Made by a program: the position numbers and the translations under genes. The notes below the pieces were generated by a model. It had not been told where the DNA came from. It worked only from the letters and a program-made list of their open reading frames with translations, and ran no database searches. A DNA stretch of 64,000 nt from the human T2T-CHM13v2.0 reference genome, Homo sapiens: NCBI RefSeq assembly GCF_009914755.1, contig NC_060933.1, one strand, 5' to 3'. Positions 25,507 through 39,736 of this stretch are shown here, one piece after another (position 1 is the first letter of the stretch; each line of letters opens with the position of its first letter).

Positions 25507-28500
25507 TATTCCTTGAGATTGTACTTTGCAAACAATGTAGTAGAAGAGTAGTTTGTTGAGATCTCTGGAGAAAAACAAAGATGGTTTAGTTGGCCAAATA
25601 ATTTTGAGCAACGCCTAATGTTACCTTCCTTCTGGAATACTGGTATATCCAAGGCTCTGAGAACTATTGCAAGAAAGAAACCCTTGGGTAGTACTTAACT
25701 TAGTGTGTCCTAAATTTATATGACCAAAAAAACTTTTTAAAAGAAATATCTAATAACATTCTGTGGAACGTATTCTAAAGCGCACACCTCGGGCAACAGC
25801 TTTAAGCACGAAATAAGATCCTGGACCATTACCCCAGAGATGGTGGTAGATATCTTTCGATATTTTTCTGTATTTACGGAAAGGCCAAAGACAGCTTTTC
25901 TGATCACTCAAGAAAGGAAGAGAAGCTTATTCTTACTAAGTGGTCACTTCCATTGACAACCTCTCCCAAATCCTGCAAATTATGGATTCTTACCTCTTTT
26001 TAAATGGCTCCCATCACTATGTAGCATCAAAATGCTCTGGAAAGCATAGCTGGCAGCATATTGGGTTAACCTAAAAGGGAAGCCTCCAAGCAACTGGTTT
26101 CAACTCCAAATCACTGCTATTGGCACAGGGTTAAATTTAAGATGGCTTATTTTTTCATTTGAGTTTAATTATTAATTAGCATAAAAATTTCTAACCAAAA
26201 ACACTGGTGTTACAAAAGCATCTCCCAGAGCCTTTATTGAAGTAAGTTACTTTTCAAATGAGAGCATCAGGATATTCAGGTATGTCTCACCATCATTTTG
26301 AGGTGTGAGGTAAGTAATGCATCATCAACAATGATTAAAGTACAGAAGTTTGTGACTCGCTTTTAAAAAATCAGTGCTGTTTCAATGTCATCCCCGTAAC
26401 AGCATCACTCTCCGTCACGTGCATTCTAATATAGTTTCTAAAATGTGAGAGGAAGAGGTGGACTAGTTCATCTTGAGATGATATGTCTGTGATATGTGCC
26501 TATTACTAATATTCTATTAATAGTATGACTGATTTTTAATTTATTCCTGAGCAGAAACAAGAAAGGAAAAAAATGAGAAGGGTTTGCAAAATCTGGGGTG
26601 GCCCTGATCATGCACCCCACTTGTGCATACACCATCTGCCGTCTAGACCATGACTGAAAGCAACTGACAGAAAAAGTGTGCCTTATTAGTCCACTTAATA
26701 TATGCTTCAATTTAAAGGAAAATACATATTTTCACATAGCTCTTAAAGATTCAAAGAACTGTACAAAGCAAGGTAAGCTTATGTGATACTTAATGAAAAT
26801 TTTCTGGTTTTGAGTATATGTGGGGGAGAGGTGGTGGTGGCTCTGAACCGATTTCCAAAAGTTACCAGTTCTCTATGAAGAATTACAGTAAATAGACTGC
26901 CCTAATTTTGCCAGAAAGCAATACAGAGCTGTTCTCTACGTAGGACATATAAATGTGTGTTGCATTCGCGCCCATTTCAAATGCTATGCTTGGTTTATAA
27001 CAGCCTGTTTTGAGGTCACAAAAGTGAAAGCCATCAGCCACAGTGGATCATAGGTCAATGTTTAACAAACATTTAACAAATCACAAATAAAGTTTGAATC
27101 TTTGTGGAAGTGTGAAATGGATGAAAGATTCATGTCACCTCTAACTTCCGGCATCCTTTGTATGCACTTTTAAAAAGTCCATTTCGATATCAGTCTAGAA
27201 TTAAAGGAAACCCTCCTGCTTATGGCACTTCCAAGGTGAAAATGAAAAATTCTGATAAAGCTCATAGCCTTGAGGAAAATTTCAAGTGGCTTATTGCCTT
27301 AGTTTTCTCTTATTTCACTTACTCATTATCAGACAGAATTGAAGGACAGATTCTGCCCTTTGCTCTATAGGCGAACTTCTTCTATTCTCTGTGGAGACCA
27401 CAGTTGGTGACTTGAGTATTTCGCTACCCATTTTTCTGTGTAACCCTTGATTTAATGGACTCGAGATCTGCAAAGCACATTCCATGAAAGAAGTCTGTAC
27501 ATCGGCTGATGGGATGTGTGGGTGTGCAGGAATTATGCAAAGAGAAAAGTTACTCTTCTGCATGCAGTGAACCAAATTATCCCCATTCCTTTGCAGAAGA
27601 GTTTTTTTTTCTTCTTTTTCTTTCTTTTCACAGCTTGAATAATGTTTAGCTGGGATTTCAGGTTTTTCTTGGTTTTCAGTAGGATCTGACAGGTGTGGGA
27701 AAGGGCCACGTGCCCACGGTCAGGGCATCACTTATGAGATCCCGACCCCTCCTCACATGAATTTATCTATGGCTATGGGTGCCTTGTCACTGGCCCCGAT
27801 TCCACAGTAGGACTCATAAAACTGGCAACCTTAAGACCAAAATAATGTCATTTAATGTCTAGGGGGAGGTTACAAAGGGGATTAGAGGCAGGCAGGCAAG
27901 CAGGGTATATTAAATAAGCCCATGACTAACAGGGTGTGACAGAAAAGGGTTTTATTCTTTTCAACAAAACAATTCCCTAGGACTAGGACCATTACTCCAC
28001 TGTGCCTTTATCACCTTGGAATTTTTATGGTTATTTTTGATTAATTCACATTTTTGTAAAGGCTTTTTTGAAATGAGGCCAGTTTTCAATTTTTAATTAA
28101 AGTCGTAAATAATCTTAATTCTGCCTTAAAAGGTTTATTGTTTCTTTTTTTTAATTGCTGCCAGGAAATATTTCAAATACCAAGTCCTGATGTGAGTGAG
28201 CAATTAGAATCTCTCCAAGGTCTAGTAACAACATTGTACCATGTAAATATTACACCCTGGTATATCAGCACAAGATTTGGAAATGTGGATTGACTAGTTT
28301 CAGGTTTATTAGCAACTGCTTCTCCGGGAATGACATTTCCTTTTTCTGTTGGATGGAGCAACTTGCATCATTTTAACTTCCGCAAATTAATCCATCATGG
28401 ATTCATAAAGAATTTTTAAAATCTTTGGATAAAAAGGCAGGCTAAAATCGGAAAGTAAACACTGCAAACTTATCACTAAGGGCTGTGCAATGCGAGTCAA

Positions 28501-29879
28501 CAAGTCAATGAAATCCAATTCAACCACTTGCAGAAAACAGTGAACATCAAAAGCTAAGCCATTTGAGAGACAGTGTCTCCATTTACATAAGACAAAATTA
28601 AGAGAACACTGCAATTTGACATGAGATTACAATACTGCTCCTTGAAAGTATACTCTTCTTTATTTAGGTTGTTTGTTAAAGGGTGTCTGCAAATTGTCAA
28701 TAAAATAATATTTTGTAGTCTCAAGATCTGGTTTTCTTTTTTCAGTTAGTGCTTCAATAATCTTTCACACAATCAAAACTACTCTTTCTTTATACAGAGG
28801 TTGAAACACAACAAATTTGAACAGGAGAAACCATTAATAATTCCTGAAAATATCCCCTGTTATGTTTCCAAATCTGTCAACCTAGGTTACCTTCTTAACT
28901 TGAACATCACAGTGTTGCTTATTTGTCTAGATAGGGGACCGATACTCTTTCATGTCCATGACAACTGTTAATCTCTACAAGGGTACTTTCCGATGTTAAT
29001 GATAGATTTACTATTACAATAAAACCTTACACATTTGCACAACTTGGAGGCAAAAAATGATTAGATTTAGGGGGAAGAAAACCCCCTCATCTAGAAGTTT
29101 GTTTTTTACAACTATCATTTATTACTTCAAATTTATAAGGTATATATAGATGATAACAAAAATAATAGACGGTGGTTCTGCTGAAAGTAGTTAATAGCAC
29201 GCAAAAAGGGTGTGTTATTTTAAGAAGACTAAGCACTTGCTTTCTAACTTTATTTACATTATTAATTAACTTAGCAGTTCCTTTGCTTTTCTGAAACACA
29301 AAAGCATATCTAGTGTCTGTCTAATGATCACAGATATCAATTTACTGGGATTCCAATTAAAGAAATTTAACTACATTTCTAGGAAAAAAATGATTTTAAC
29401 AATTAACTTACAAGAGTGGGTTTGTATGCAATTAAGACTATCTATCAAATCCCCCTGACTGAGCATTTTTCTAACTCACAGGGAAAGGGTCAAATTCCTT
29501 CCATATACACACCCTCGGCTGGCATTGTGCTAACTCTTCTCAAGGAAGAAAAAAAAAATCTCAAGTAACAAGAAGACTATAGAGCATTTCCCAACATAAA
29601 AGTGTTAAATCCCTATAAACCATGAAAGAATGCAAGATTTCTAAGTAGAAGCCACGGTGACCTGAAACCCTTGCCATGGGGTTCAATCACTTGAAATACG
29701 TTGAGTCTCAAACTGCCCTTAAATTTGTTATAAAGGGCCCTCAAATGAATCAGGAACCCATCTCAATACCAATGAAACACTCAAAAAGCCAAGATCAGCT
29801 CAACATGTTTTCTGCCATGAATAGAAGATACTCACTGATCCAAAAATGTAAAAACTTAGTTACTAGGAAATGCCTTGAA

Positions 29880-30025
29880 AGGTAGTAAGCTCTCTGTCTC
29901 TGGAGGGGTTGAAGCACAGTGCAGTCAACCACTTGCTAGACATCTTATGGAGTTAGGAGAGCAAGCCAGGTGGACAGGCTGGTTGGTCTCTAACATTTCT
30001 TCCAAATCTAAGATATTATGATTTT
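29880..30025 (+). mobile_element. L3/CR1 3' end remnant
   Basis: 'ggtagtaagctctctgtctctggagg...ttccaaatctaagatattatgatt'. Confidence 0.45.
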
Positions 30026-30396
30026 TATGAACTTTGAAAATGCGTTCACCCCTCATTAATGTCAAAGTGGTTTTAAGTTCAATTCCTTTTTCAGATTTTC
30101 ATACAAATCCAGAAATCTGCTTTTTCTCTAAGCTTAAAGAATGCTCTCTACTTGTCCTAGAGACGTACTTACCTTCTTCATTAGAGCTTCACGATATTGG
30201 CCAATTGATATTTTATGAAAAAGCATTTCTTTCCAGAAGGATTTCTGTGGTGTTGTTTTTCCCAATTTAATTATCTTTAGCTATCTGAACTTAACTTCTA
30301 TAAAAGCTTTTTGTTGCTTTCCAGTTTGAGGGACTTTCCTTACTTTTCTCTGATTCCTATTATACAAGCCTTTCCCAGAAATTTGCATAGCTATAG

Positions 30397-30464
30397 CAGC
30401 TATGCAAACCATAGCCATATCAGCTATGCAAACCATAGCCATATCAGCTATGCAAACCATAGCC
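30397..30464. repeat. 24-bp minisatellite (CAGCTATGCAAACCATAGCCATAT) x2.8, perfect
   Basis: Units start at 30397, 30421 and 30445. Confidence 0.96.
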
Positions 30465-30622
30465 TTGCTATTACTTCATGGGAGACTTACCTCCTCAAAC
30501 GGTCTAAAGCAGGTTATACCATGAGAAGTATAAGAATTTCAAGTGCCCTGCAGAAGCTTCGTGTACTACAAGAATAATCTGAACATGCTTTTCCCGACTG
30601 GAAGATTCTCTTTTAAAATTAC

Positions 30623-30733
30623 CTTTTTCCTTGCTTGTTGCTCTTTGGAAGAATGTGCCTTCACATGCTTTCTTAGGGAACTTGGGTCTGTGTAGCGTTT
30701 GGTACATCCTGGAATTTGACAAGCATAAGGTTT
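30623..30733 (-). CDS. GLIS3: GLIS3 internal coding exon (zinc finger 5 + basic putative NLS segment), 111 nt, phase 0/0; not in supplied ORF track
   Basis: Minus strand reads tttctttctttctcatttag|AAACCTTATGCTTGT...GCAAGGAAAAAG|gtaatt. It translates to [37 protein letters not shown], which continues in frame from ...THLDT of the previous exon. CTKRY/SSKEQQA are the GLIS3-type residues. Confidence 0.97.
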
Positions 30734-31355
30734 CTAAATGAGAAAGAAAGAAAGAAACAGCTGTGGTTAAATCATAAAGGTAACTGGGGAATGTTTTACT
30801 CAAAGACTATTGACTTCAGAGCATGAACTGTTACCAATTGACTGATGTGAAATGCTAGCTAATACTCATGCATTTTAATTACAAAGTCTAGTAACTTTGT
30901 ATCATGGTTAAGAGAAGGGTAAACTTTCAAGGAACAAAGAGATGCCCTATCCTTGATGATTTCTAAGAGATTGCTTTAGTGTGTGCTCTAACCACAAAAC
31001 CTCTTGGGGCATTTTTTAATGTGGAAATTATTAGTAAGCATCTCTAGTCATACTTACAGTTATGTTTCCCTGAGAATAATCTTTGGTACTGTCAGAAACT
31101 AGTAAACACATATTCTTTAAGGGTTCAGGTAAAGAAGCTGTAGAAAGTCCAGAAAAAAACTGGGTATTTTTCAGAAGAAACCTGATTCAGAAAGAGAAAG
31201 GGGGAGAATTAAGAAGAGAAAATTAGTGTAAAGTGAGTAAGAGACAGTAGGTTTCAAACAGACACGTGAAAAATCTTCCAAAGAAGCATTAATAATATTA
31301 GTTGCAGAGGTGTCCTGGTGTTGAGCCTGAGTTAAGTGAATAAGCTCTTGGCTGA

Positions 31356-31620
<265 letters not shown>

Positions 31621-32648
31621 CCTTCGTGCTTAGTACATAATAGAAATGAATGAATTAAGAGCAGCTCACATCCATTCACATTTCAGCACCTATTTCTGTT
31701 ATGACCCTTAAACTTATCAAAAGTTTGAGGCTATGACTCTTCAGTTGTGAGATAAATCAAAATCTTCAGCCTATTCAAGAAATGAAAAATTTAAAAATCA
31801 CAGGATTAACTGTGTTTATAACATATATTAATAGTAGCTGATATGCTTAGTGTCTCATCAAGTAAGGTAATAGAGCTGTGCTTGTATGATGTGAAATGTA
31901 AGGAAGAGACCTGAAACCATGTCTTGGGATTCTTGCTCTAGAAACTTGTTATAGTAAAAACAAACAAACAAACAAACAAAAAATCTGATTAATCTGATTC
32001 CTTTTTAATGTTGCTTCTGTTTTTATGTGCATGTATGTCATTCTGTGAGCAAACAAATAAGTGGATTACATTATTTGACCTGCTAGAAGCCATATTTATG
32101 GTTCACTCCTTTTTTTGTGTCACTGGATTCCAAGAACAAGATTAAATCATGAACATATAATTTAATTTGACATACCAAACTTGAATTCTATGTTTGATTA
32201 TCTGCTGTGTTCATTGATTGACTGACTGTTTGACTGGTTGGTTGAATCACTCAAAAGTATGCTTCCGGGATGTGCTGGGCACTGTGTTTCAGACTAGGGA
32301 TCTAAAAGTGAACAATGGATAAACCAGGTTCTCGATACCTCATGGTTTCTATAAAATAGTGAGTTTATTATTGGCTAAAGTCACTTGCCAGTTAGTTTCT
32401 ACCGAGTAAGCAAAGATTTTCTTTAACCTGGGAATCTTTTCTGAATTTGCATAGCCTTCTTGCACTAGCCTTCCCTACCCTGCCCTGGTTTCAGGAGTGC
32501 AACTAGCTAAGATCTTTACTGGCGATCCCATTGTAAAAGCTTATGCTTTGAGCATTAGAGGAGATGTTACATGTACAAAAGGCTTGATGACTATTAACAA
32601 ATTATATAAATTGATGCCATTATTATTACCATGGTCACTACAATTTAG

Positions 32649-32978
<330 letters not shown>

Positions 32979-35290
32979 TGATTTTGAGATGTTCTTGGAG
33001 AAAGTTTGACTACACACCCACTGTTCCTCTCAGCTGACCTTCACTTTCTTCTCTTGTTGTCAGCCACTAGGGAAGGACTGGTATGCCAAAAAAGTAATGT
33101 CAGGGACTGATCTAAGTAGTACTGCTGCAACTGTCATTTTATCTCAGGTTACCTAAGCTTTAACTAGCATGCTACACTTCATCCAACTATATATTTTGTT
33201 ATTTTCCACCTGTACTGTACAATTACTGTGTAGATATTAAGATGCTAATAGAGAGATTAATTAATACAACTTTTAAGGGTTAGAATTAGGAACTCAGTAA
33301 TGTTTATGGGAAAACCATTTTTCTACAAATAAGGAATCCACTTAGTTGAAGAAAGATACTTTATCCAAAATTCTGACAGTATTATAGTATAAGGAGTGAT
33401 TAATGAAAGGGAACAAGGACCTAAATTTAAATAACAAATTCTTCAAGCAAGTATAGTTTGTTTTTAAAATCAAGTGTGTGATTTCTATATGATTTTAAAA
33501 GAGCTTACTAATTTGTTAAATGCAGTAAAAAATTTAAACAGGAGCTAGTTTGGAGCTTAAAGGAAAAAATGATGCTTTAAAAATATTTAATAGAGAAATA
33601 ATTTTTCCAAAAAAAATAGCTGAGTTTTAAAAGCGATTGCATTAACAAAAATCAGGAAACCACTATATTAGGTAGCCTTCCTCAAAAGTTTTTTAAAAAG
33701 ATATATATTTTTATTCCAAAATGATTTCTGAAAATGCTCTTAGCTTGATTAGCTAAAATTAGCTCCAAGCAAAGGAGGGCAGTGCGAAACCATAACACTT
33801 AGCCTCGCAACAGTTCTTGCAAACTACAGATAACTAGCTGGAGTAGAAGCAATTTCTCAAGACAATCTTGTCTCATAAATGTTCATTCTTCCATGATAAA
33901 GGTTAATGACGAATTGGAAAGTTTATTGGATCTCACCAAGACCATTTTAGGCACAACAAAATAGGGCATTTTAACACAATTTATTCTTTTTTTTTCTTTT
34001 TCTACTTAGAAAAATCCCACTATTCACCACATGTATTCATTTAGTGTTCCGTTTTATTGGTCCTAAAATCACTGAATTCAGGTAGAGTAGAAACTGGGTC
34101 CATCCTACACCCATGTTGCTCTAATTATATTTGAGATATTTACTAGGCAAACCATCGCATTTATGCATATTAGGGGATAATTCTGTTTAGAAAGGTTATG
34201 TGACATATAGCTAAAATGACTTCTATGAATATGACTAATAGAGACTAATATAAAATTTAATAAATATGTCAACTATAACATCAGAAGAATCTTAAATATG
34301 TATGAGAAGGTGTGTAGAAATAACAGTATCTTTTCAAAATTCAAACTCTGGTGTAGTTTAATAATAGACATCAGAATGTTAACACCGAAAAAGTACTGTC
34401 ATGAATACATTATTTGCAAGAATGTGGGATAAGAGATCTGTGATGTGTATAATACACTTATCCTGATGGCTTTGTTAAGCGCAGTGAAATTACATAGAGT
34501 CTACCTGGCCTAGTGTAAGGAAAATGGCATCAAAACCTGGGAAATGCAAAGGAGGGCTATCAATATAATTGAGAAAATAAAAGACAAGAATCATAGAAAA
34601 GGCATTTGGGAATGAGCAAAATGTTGTAGCGTTAAGGGACTTAAGGGTGTAATAATGAAAATCAATTGTTCTCATAGGGTTGATGTCAAAGAATATGTGG
34701 CTGCTAACAGATAGGAAGCATGAGGAAAGTGAACTCTTGGGAAAGATTTACTGTTTCTTCTTAGATCAGCTGAAGGTGAAAATACCAGGTGGTTTCTAAA
34801 GCAAAGGGCCAAATTCACTCTTGAAAATCATTCTAGCTGCAAAGTTCTATGTCAAGAGGGAAAGAACCAGGGTAGAAAAAAAAAACAAAGAAAAACAAAC
34901 AAAAACTGCTTCATATTCCTAGCAATAGCACACAGTACCGACTTGATATCTCAATACTGTTTTTAATGCCAGTCTCTCCTGATCACTCTCTGTACTAAAA
35001 TCTACTACATGACAGCCCCTAAACTGCTTTTGCTTTGTACACAGCGGTGACCAAGTAACCCTTCTGTCCCAGGAGGTTGTAATATTTAGAATAAACTGCT
35101 GCTACAGAAAAATGAAACAGCCAAATAAATAGGGCCCCATCTGGCCTTTTACCAGGCTCCACTGCTGCCCTTGGCATTGTCCCTGTAACCTGCAGACCAT
35201 AAAGCAAACACTTCACCAGCCCACTATCAAGCAGGCACTTCCTCACACCAGGCGCTGGGTTGGAAACTGGAAAGCTCCTGCCATTCTTAC

Positions 35291-35452
35291 GGTGTCCAGA
35301 TGCGTCCGCTGGTGTTTGGCGCGGTCACTGGAGTTACTGAAGGCCTTCTGACAACCCGGATGCTGGCACAAATACGGCTTCTCGCCTGTGTGGCTCCGCA
35401 AGTGGATCTTGAGATTTTCAAGCCTTGAAAAGGCCTTCTCGCAACCTTCAAA
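35291..35452 (-). CDS. GLIS3: GLIS3 internal coding exon (C-terminal part of zinc finger 3 + zinc finger 4), 162 nt, phase 0/0
   Basis: Minus strand reads ttttctttttgcag|TTTGAAGGTTGC...CTGGACACC|gtaaga. It translates to [61 protein letters not shown]-type C2H2 fingers with a TGEKP linker. 'FEGCEK' matches GLIS3 as I recall it (GLIS1 has FEGCSK). Confidence 0.97.
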
Positions 35453-38400
35453 CTGCAAAAAGAAAACAATTTTTGGTGGTTGAGAAGGACCTTGAATGTT
35501 TGAGTCTGGGGGACAGCTAAAAAAAAAATGTTCTTAGTTGGTACTTTGCCGAAAATGATAAAATAAAATCAAATCCAAACAGTAATAAATATTGCTCCTA
35601 AAAATATCCGAATATTTATGTGAACTGCATTTTTCCACTGAATATACATGCCACTTTCTGTATCAGATTTGGGTCCCAAACTGATTTCTGTGATTTACTT
35701 ATGTCAGAGAAAATTCACCGTGAGCCATCTGGCTCTGTTAATAAAAATACAGTAATGTGTGTCTTAAAGATTTATTAAAAATTAACACACTTTTCCATTT
35801 CCAAATTGGTCTAAATTGAAGGAACTGGAAAGGAAGAAACTTTCTGACAACTAATAAACTAATAAGAAAAAAAAAGTCAGAGTGATATATGAGAAAAAGG
35901 AGAATTGAAGATTTGAGAGTCCAGGATGAAAAAGACATGTGTCCACTAGATCAATATGATCATAAATTTCCTTAACTATATTTGTAAGTTTTTTCCAACC
36001 CTCAAAAGAGTGACCATGTTAATGTATATGGTAATGCCAAGGCTAATGAGATAAAGTTTTTAACAGGCTCTTACAAAGGAAGCTAAAAGACAATTCATTT
36101 AGTGTGAAATCATTTTCCAAAAAAGTACCGTAATACTTTAATCTTTTTTTACTTTTTAGACATTTCATTATCTAATTCATGAGGAAAAGAAGATAAAAGG
36201 CTTAAGATTTCAATAAATGTGTCACTGGTTTGTCAATAATATTTATTGACAGTAACATTTACTCAATGTCTTCTGAGGGCAAAATATCAGCTACTATTAA
36301 TAGGGTCAAAGTGATTCCAATCCTTGAAGTAACAATCTAATAAAGAAAATGTGTTAGAGAAAGCCTAGAAATGAAGCATAAAGGTGAGATGGGGATTTAT
36401 CTTTTAACTCTCTCTTTGGTGCTAACCCCCAGAATAGTTATGTTACTTAGACAGTTTTAATCCCATTTGAGTTCTCACTGGAAGGGAAACTGAGAAATAC
36501 GGAACACCTACTGGAAAAAAAGCATAATACATTTAAAGCAATTAAGAAGCCTCACTTCTTATAGAGGAATGCAGGGGGGTGAGGGTGGGTAAGGAAGGAA
36601 GGTAAGTTCCAGATGGTTCCCATTCAAAATTAGCAGGTATAACTTAACCTTGCTGCAAGAAATTGTATAAAACTCTTTGGTTCTCTTACTTACTATAATA
36701 GATGGTAGAGGACATTGTTCACAACAGAATGATCTAGAGCTGGCCAGGTTTTGGTTATTGGAATTTTCATCTTTAAATAAGGGACGAACTAAGTAAAAAA
36801 AAATAATTAAACATGTCATCACTCCATCTATTTAAGTTGTCCAGATTTTGCATGCTGGAGTATTTTAAGAAATTTATGAAAGTTGCACTTATTTTTGATT
36901 GAGAGTTATACATGTTTCACAGACATATGTTGGTTTATTTCAATTTTGATATTTTGCTTAAAATAATTTTGGTGTTTTCCTGATTTCTATTTCACATAAA
37001 AATAAATTTAGCCTGAGCAGAAGATGAATGCTGACGAAGCCAACTACTTTTTCAGCAGAGTGAAAGGAAACGTCACTAGAGGGAGAGAGGAGTTAAGGGG
37101 CTCATTTCTGCAGCTTTTCAAGTGACTCTCAAATTTAAGAATAAAGGGGCTCAACATTAAACCCCAACTCATTGCTAAGAGGCCTCTGCTGACCAAACCT
37201 CTGTTTTTAGGGTTCTCTTTGAATGACGACTCAGAGAAAACTCTTGGAGCTCAGTTTATTTGACTTGGAATCACCTGGTGGACCACACTTAGGTCTGAAG
37301 TGAGCTTGTGGTTTTAGACACGCCAAGACTGTAGCCTGGTTCTTAGCAAGGCTCTTTTGTAGGGTGGATTCCATTTTGGGGCCAGCTCCCGGGGCACATA
37401 CCCAAACCTGAGCAGGCCCCATATCCACTCTGTTCCACAGTCACCTCAGATCTTGATCTGAGAGAAAGCTGCATTGTTTCAGCACCAGGATGAGAGCGGA
37501 GAACTACTTTAGAATAAGATTAATGAGGTTTCTGTGAGTACAGGATAAAACAACATCCCTAGTTCTACCATAGAGGGATTAGAAGGATCCAAGACATGTC
37601 TCTGATTAATTCAAACTGTTCACTTGATAAGACATAAACTATATGTAAGAATACCATTTCCAAGTCTTTCCAGTTAAATGTCCACTTGAATATTCAGCTA
37701 AAACCCAACTAATTGCTATTATTACTCTTAACAGAAGCAACAATCAAAGACCAAAGGGCTTATTGCATTCCAAGCAAATCAGTGCAAAATGAACAATATC
37801 TCAGAACATCCTGACCATTTTCAAATAGCAAGGATAGAGGAAAATATAGGCACCTAGACTGAAAATGACAACAAAAAGATTATCCGTAAAATAATCAAAA
37901 TCCAGCTGATATCAGATGTTTCCTCTGTAACAAGAAAGGGCAGAAGACAATAGAACAGCATTACAGTGTTCTCGGGGAAAAGATTATGAATGAAGGGTTT
38001 GACCTCATTATGTTGTATGAATAAAGGCAGAAGAAGAAAGGCAGTTTCATGTAGTCAGGGGCTCATAACATACACCCCCAACTCACTCTTGTTGAAGAAT
38101 TCACTTGCAGGAACCATGGAACCCAAGACCAGTAAAATCAGGCACTAAAGGATTGATAAATGCCTTGGTGAGGTGCCAAATATCCAACTCATCACAGGAG
38201 TGTGCAGGGCACTACACCTGAATGAACTTGTCACATTGACAATTCTGCCGAAAGAGAAAGGAGGTGCTGTTCATTTCTCTAATGGCGTCTGGATGAAACT
38301 TGAAAGCAAATAATTTTATCATGAATCATTATCATATATTATGGGAATAACCCTGTAATTCATCACAAGAATTTCCCCTCCCTCAGGCAGTTTTACCGCT

Positions 38401-39199
38401 AGATTTATAAGTTCAATTAAATGCAAATGCATTACAAATAAAACAACATTTAGGTAGGCTTATAAAAGATTGTTACAAAATATACCAAAATTGGATTCTT
38501 TGACTTTTGGGGCAAATGGATGCCTTTTATCCTTCTTATTTTTTTTCACGTTTTCCAATTCTTTAATGAGCAAGCATGTCTCACTTTGTAAACTGACATC
38601 TAAGCTTAGGGAAGCAAGGAACATTAAGAGTGTTTCCTTGGGTTTGGCCAGATGCTTTCTCATCGAGGTTCCTAAAGTTCAAGTCCATCCTGAGATCTAA
38701 GGTCAAAACTGTCAACTAATGCTTGTGTCACTGCCACTGGACAACTCCTACCCAAATTGAACAATATCCTATGTTCAGGTCTTCTGCTTCCTGGGCTAGC
38801 TGTAGGAACCATGAGCCCAGGACTCAGTGACACATGACTGAATGATGAGGCCAGAGTTTGCCCGAGGTTCAAAAACAGACTACATACAGGAAAACAAGAG
38901 AAACGTGAACCAACAAACAAACTCTCGGAATCCAAGGAGGAAACAGAAGGTGGCTGAATAGAACACAAGGGAGACAAACGCAGGGTGACAGTGTGGGGAG
39001 CAGCGATGGAGGAAAAGGGGCGTGGTGTGCAATGAGCATTTATTCCATACCAAGCTCCTTGCTAGAAAATTTCCCCTATGTTAGTAATTGTATCTACATA
39101 GCATTATTTTTTCCCAAAAAATACTGAGTAAGCTCTGTGTGCATGAAAGCAAGGTCAACGTGTACGGCTGGGCAGGTTACATACTGACGCACCCCTGAG

Positions 39200-39380
39200 G
39201 AGTGGTTCTCAAAGATGGGGTCCCTAGACGAGCAACGCTGGCATCGCCTGGGAACTTGTCAGATATACACATTCTCTGACCCCAGAATCAGAATGCTGGG
39301 AGTGAGGCCCAGCCATCTGACTGCTAACAAGCCCCCCATAAGATTCTGATATTCTGATGAACACTACTACAGTGTGAGCA
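39200..39380. mobile_element. MER5A-like DNA transposon
   Basis: 'agtggttctcaaag...catcgcctgggaacttgtcaga...aatcagaa...taacaagccc'. Confidence 0.7.
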
Positions 39381-39609
39381 GGTGAGTTAGGGAATGCCAT
39401 TCATACTGTGATCACTGTCCATTTATTGATGAAAATCTTGTGACAAAAGTAAAGCATTTTGCAGAATCTACCCATTTCTAATTCAGACAAGGGTCACATG
39501 GACTAGCAACCATCCTAGGATGGAAGAGGCATCTCCATTCCACAGCAGGGCAAAAAGGACAAAATCTCAGACTCTCCATCTCTTACTGGAGACTCTTTAA
39601 ATTCCCAAC

Positions 39610-39615
39610 TTTTTA

Positions 39616-39647
<32 letters not shown>

Positions 39648-39736
39648 TTAAAATTATACTTTAAGTTTTAGGGTACATGTGCACATTGTGCAGGTTAGTT
39701 ACATATGTATACATGTGCCATGCTGGTGCGCTGCAC
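39610..39736 (-). mobile_element. Very short young L1 (L1PA2/L1HS-like) 3' end
   Basis: ttatactttaagttttagggtacatgtgcacattgtgcaggttagttacatatgtatacatgtgccatgctggtgcgctgcac preceded by a (TTTA)n tail. Confidence 0.92.

Noticed and set aside
30311-30577. ORF with repeated SYANHSHI peptide
   Set aside because: By-product of the 24-bp minisatellite; no other coding evidence.
35243-35458. ORF-track 71-aa protein treated as a standalone gene
   Set aside because: It is an internal GLIS3 exon; the 'MQ' start and 'VRMAG...' tail are intronic read-through.
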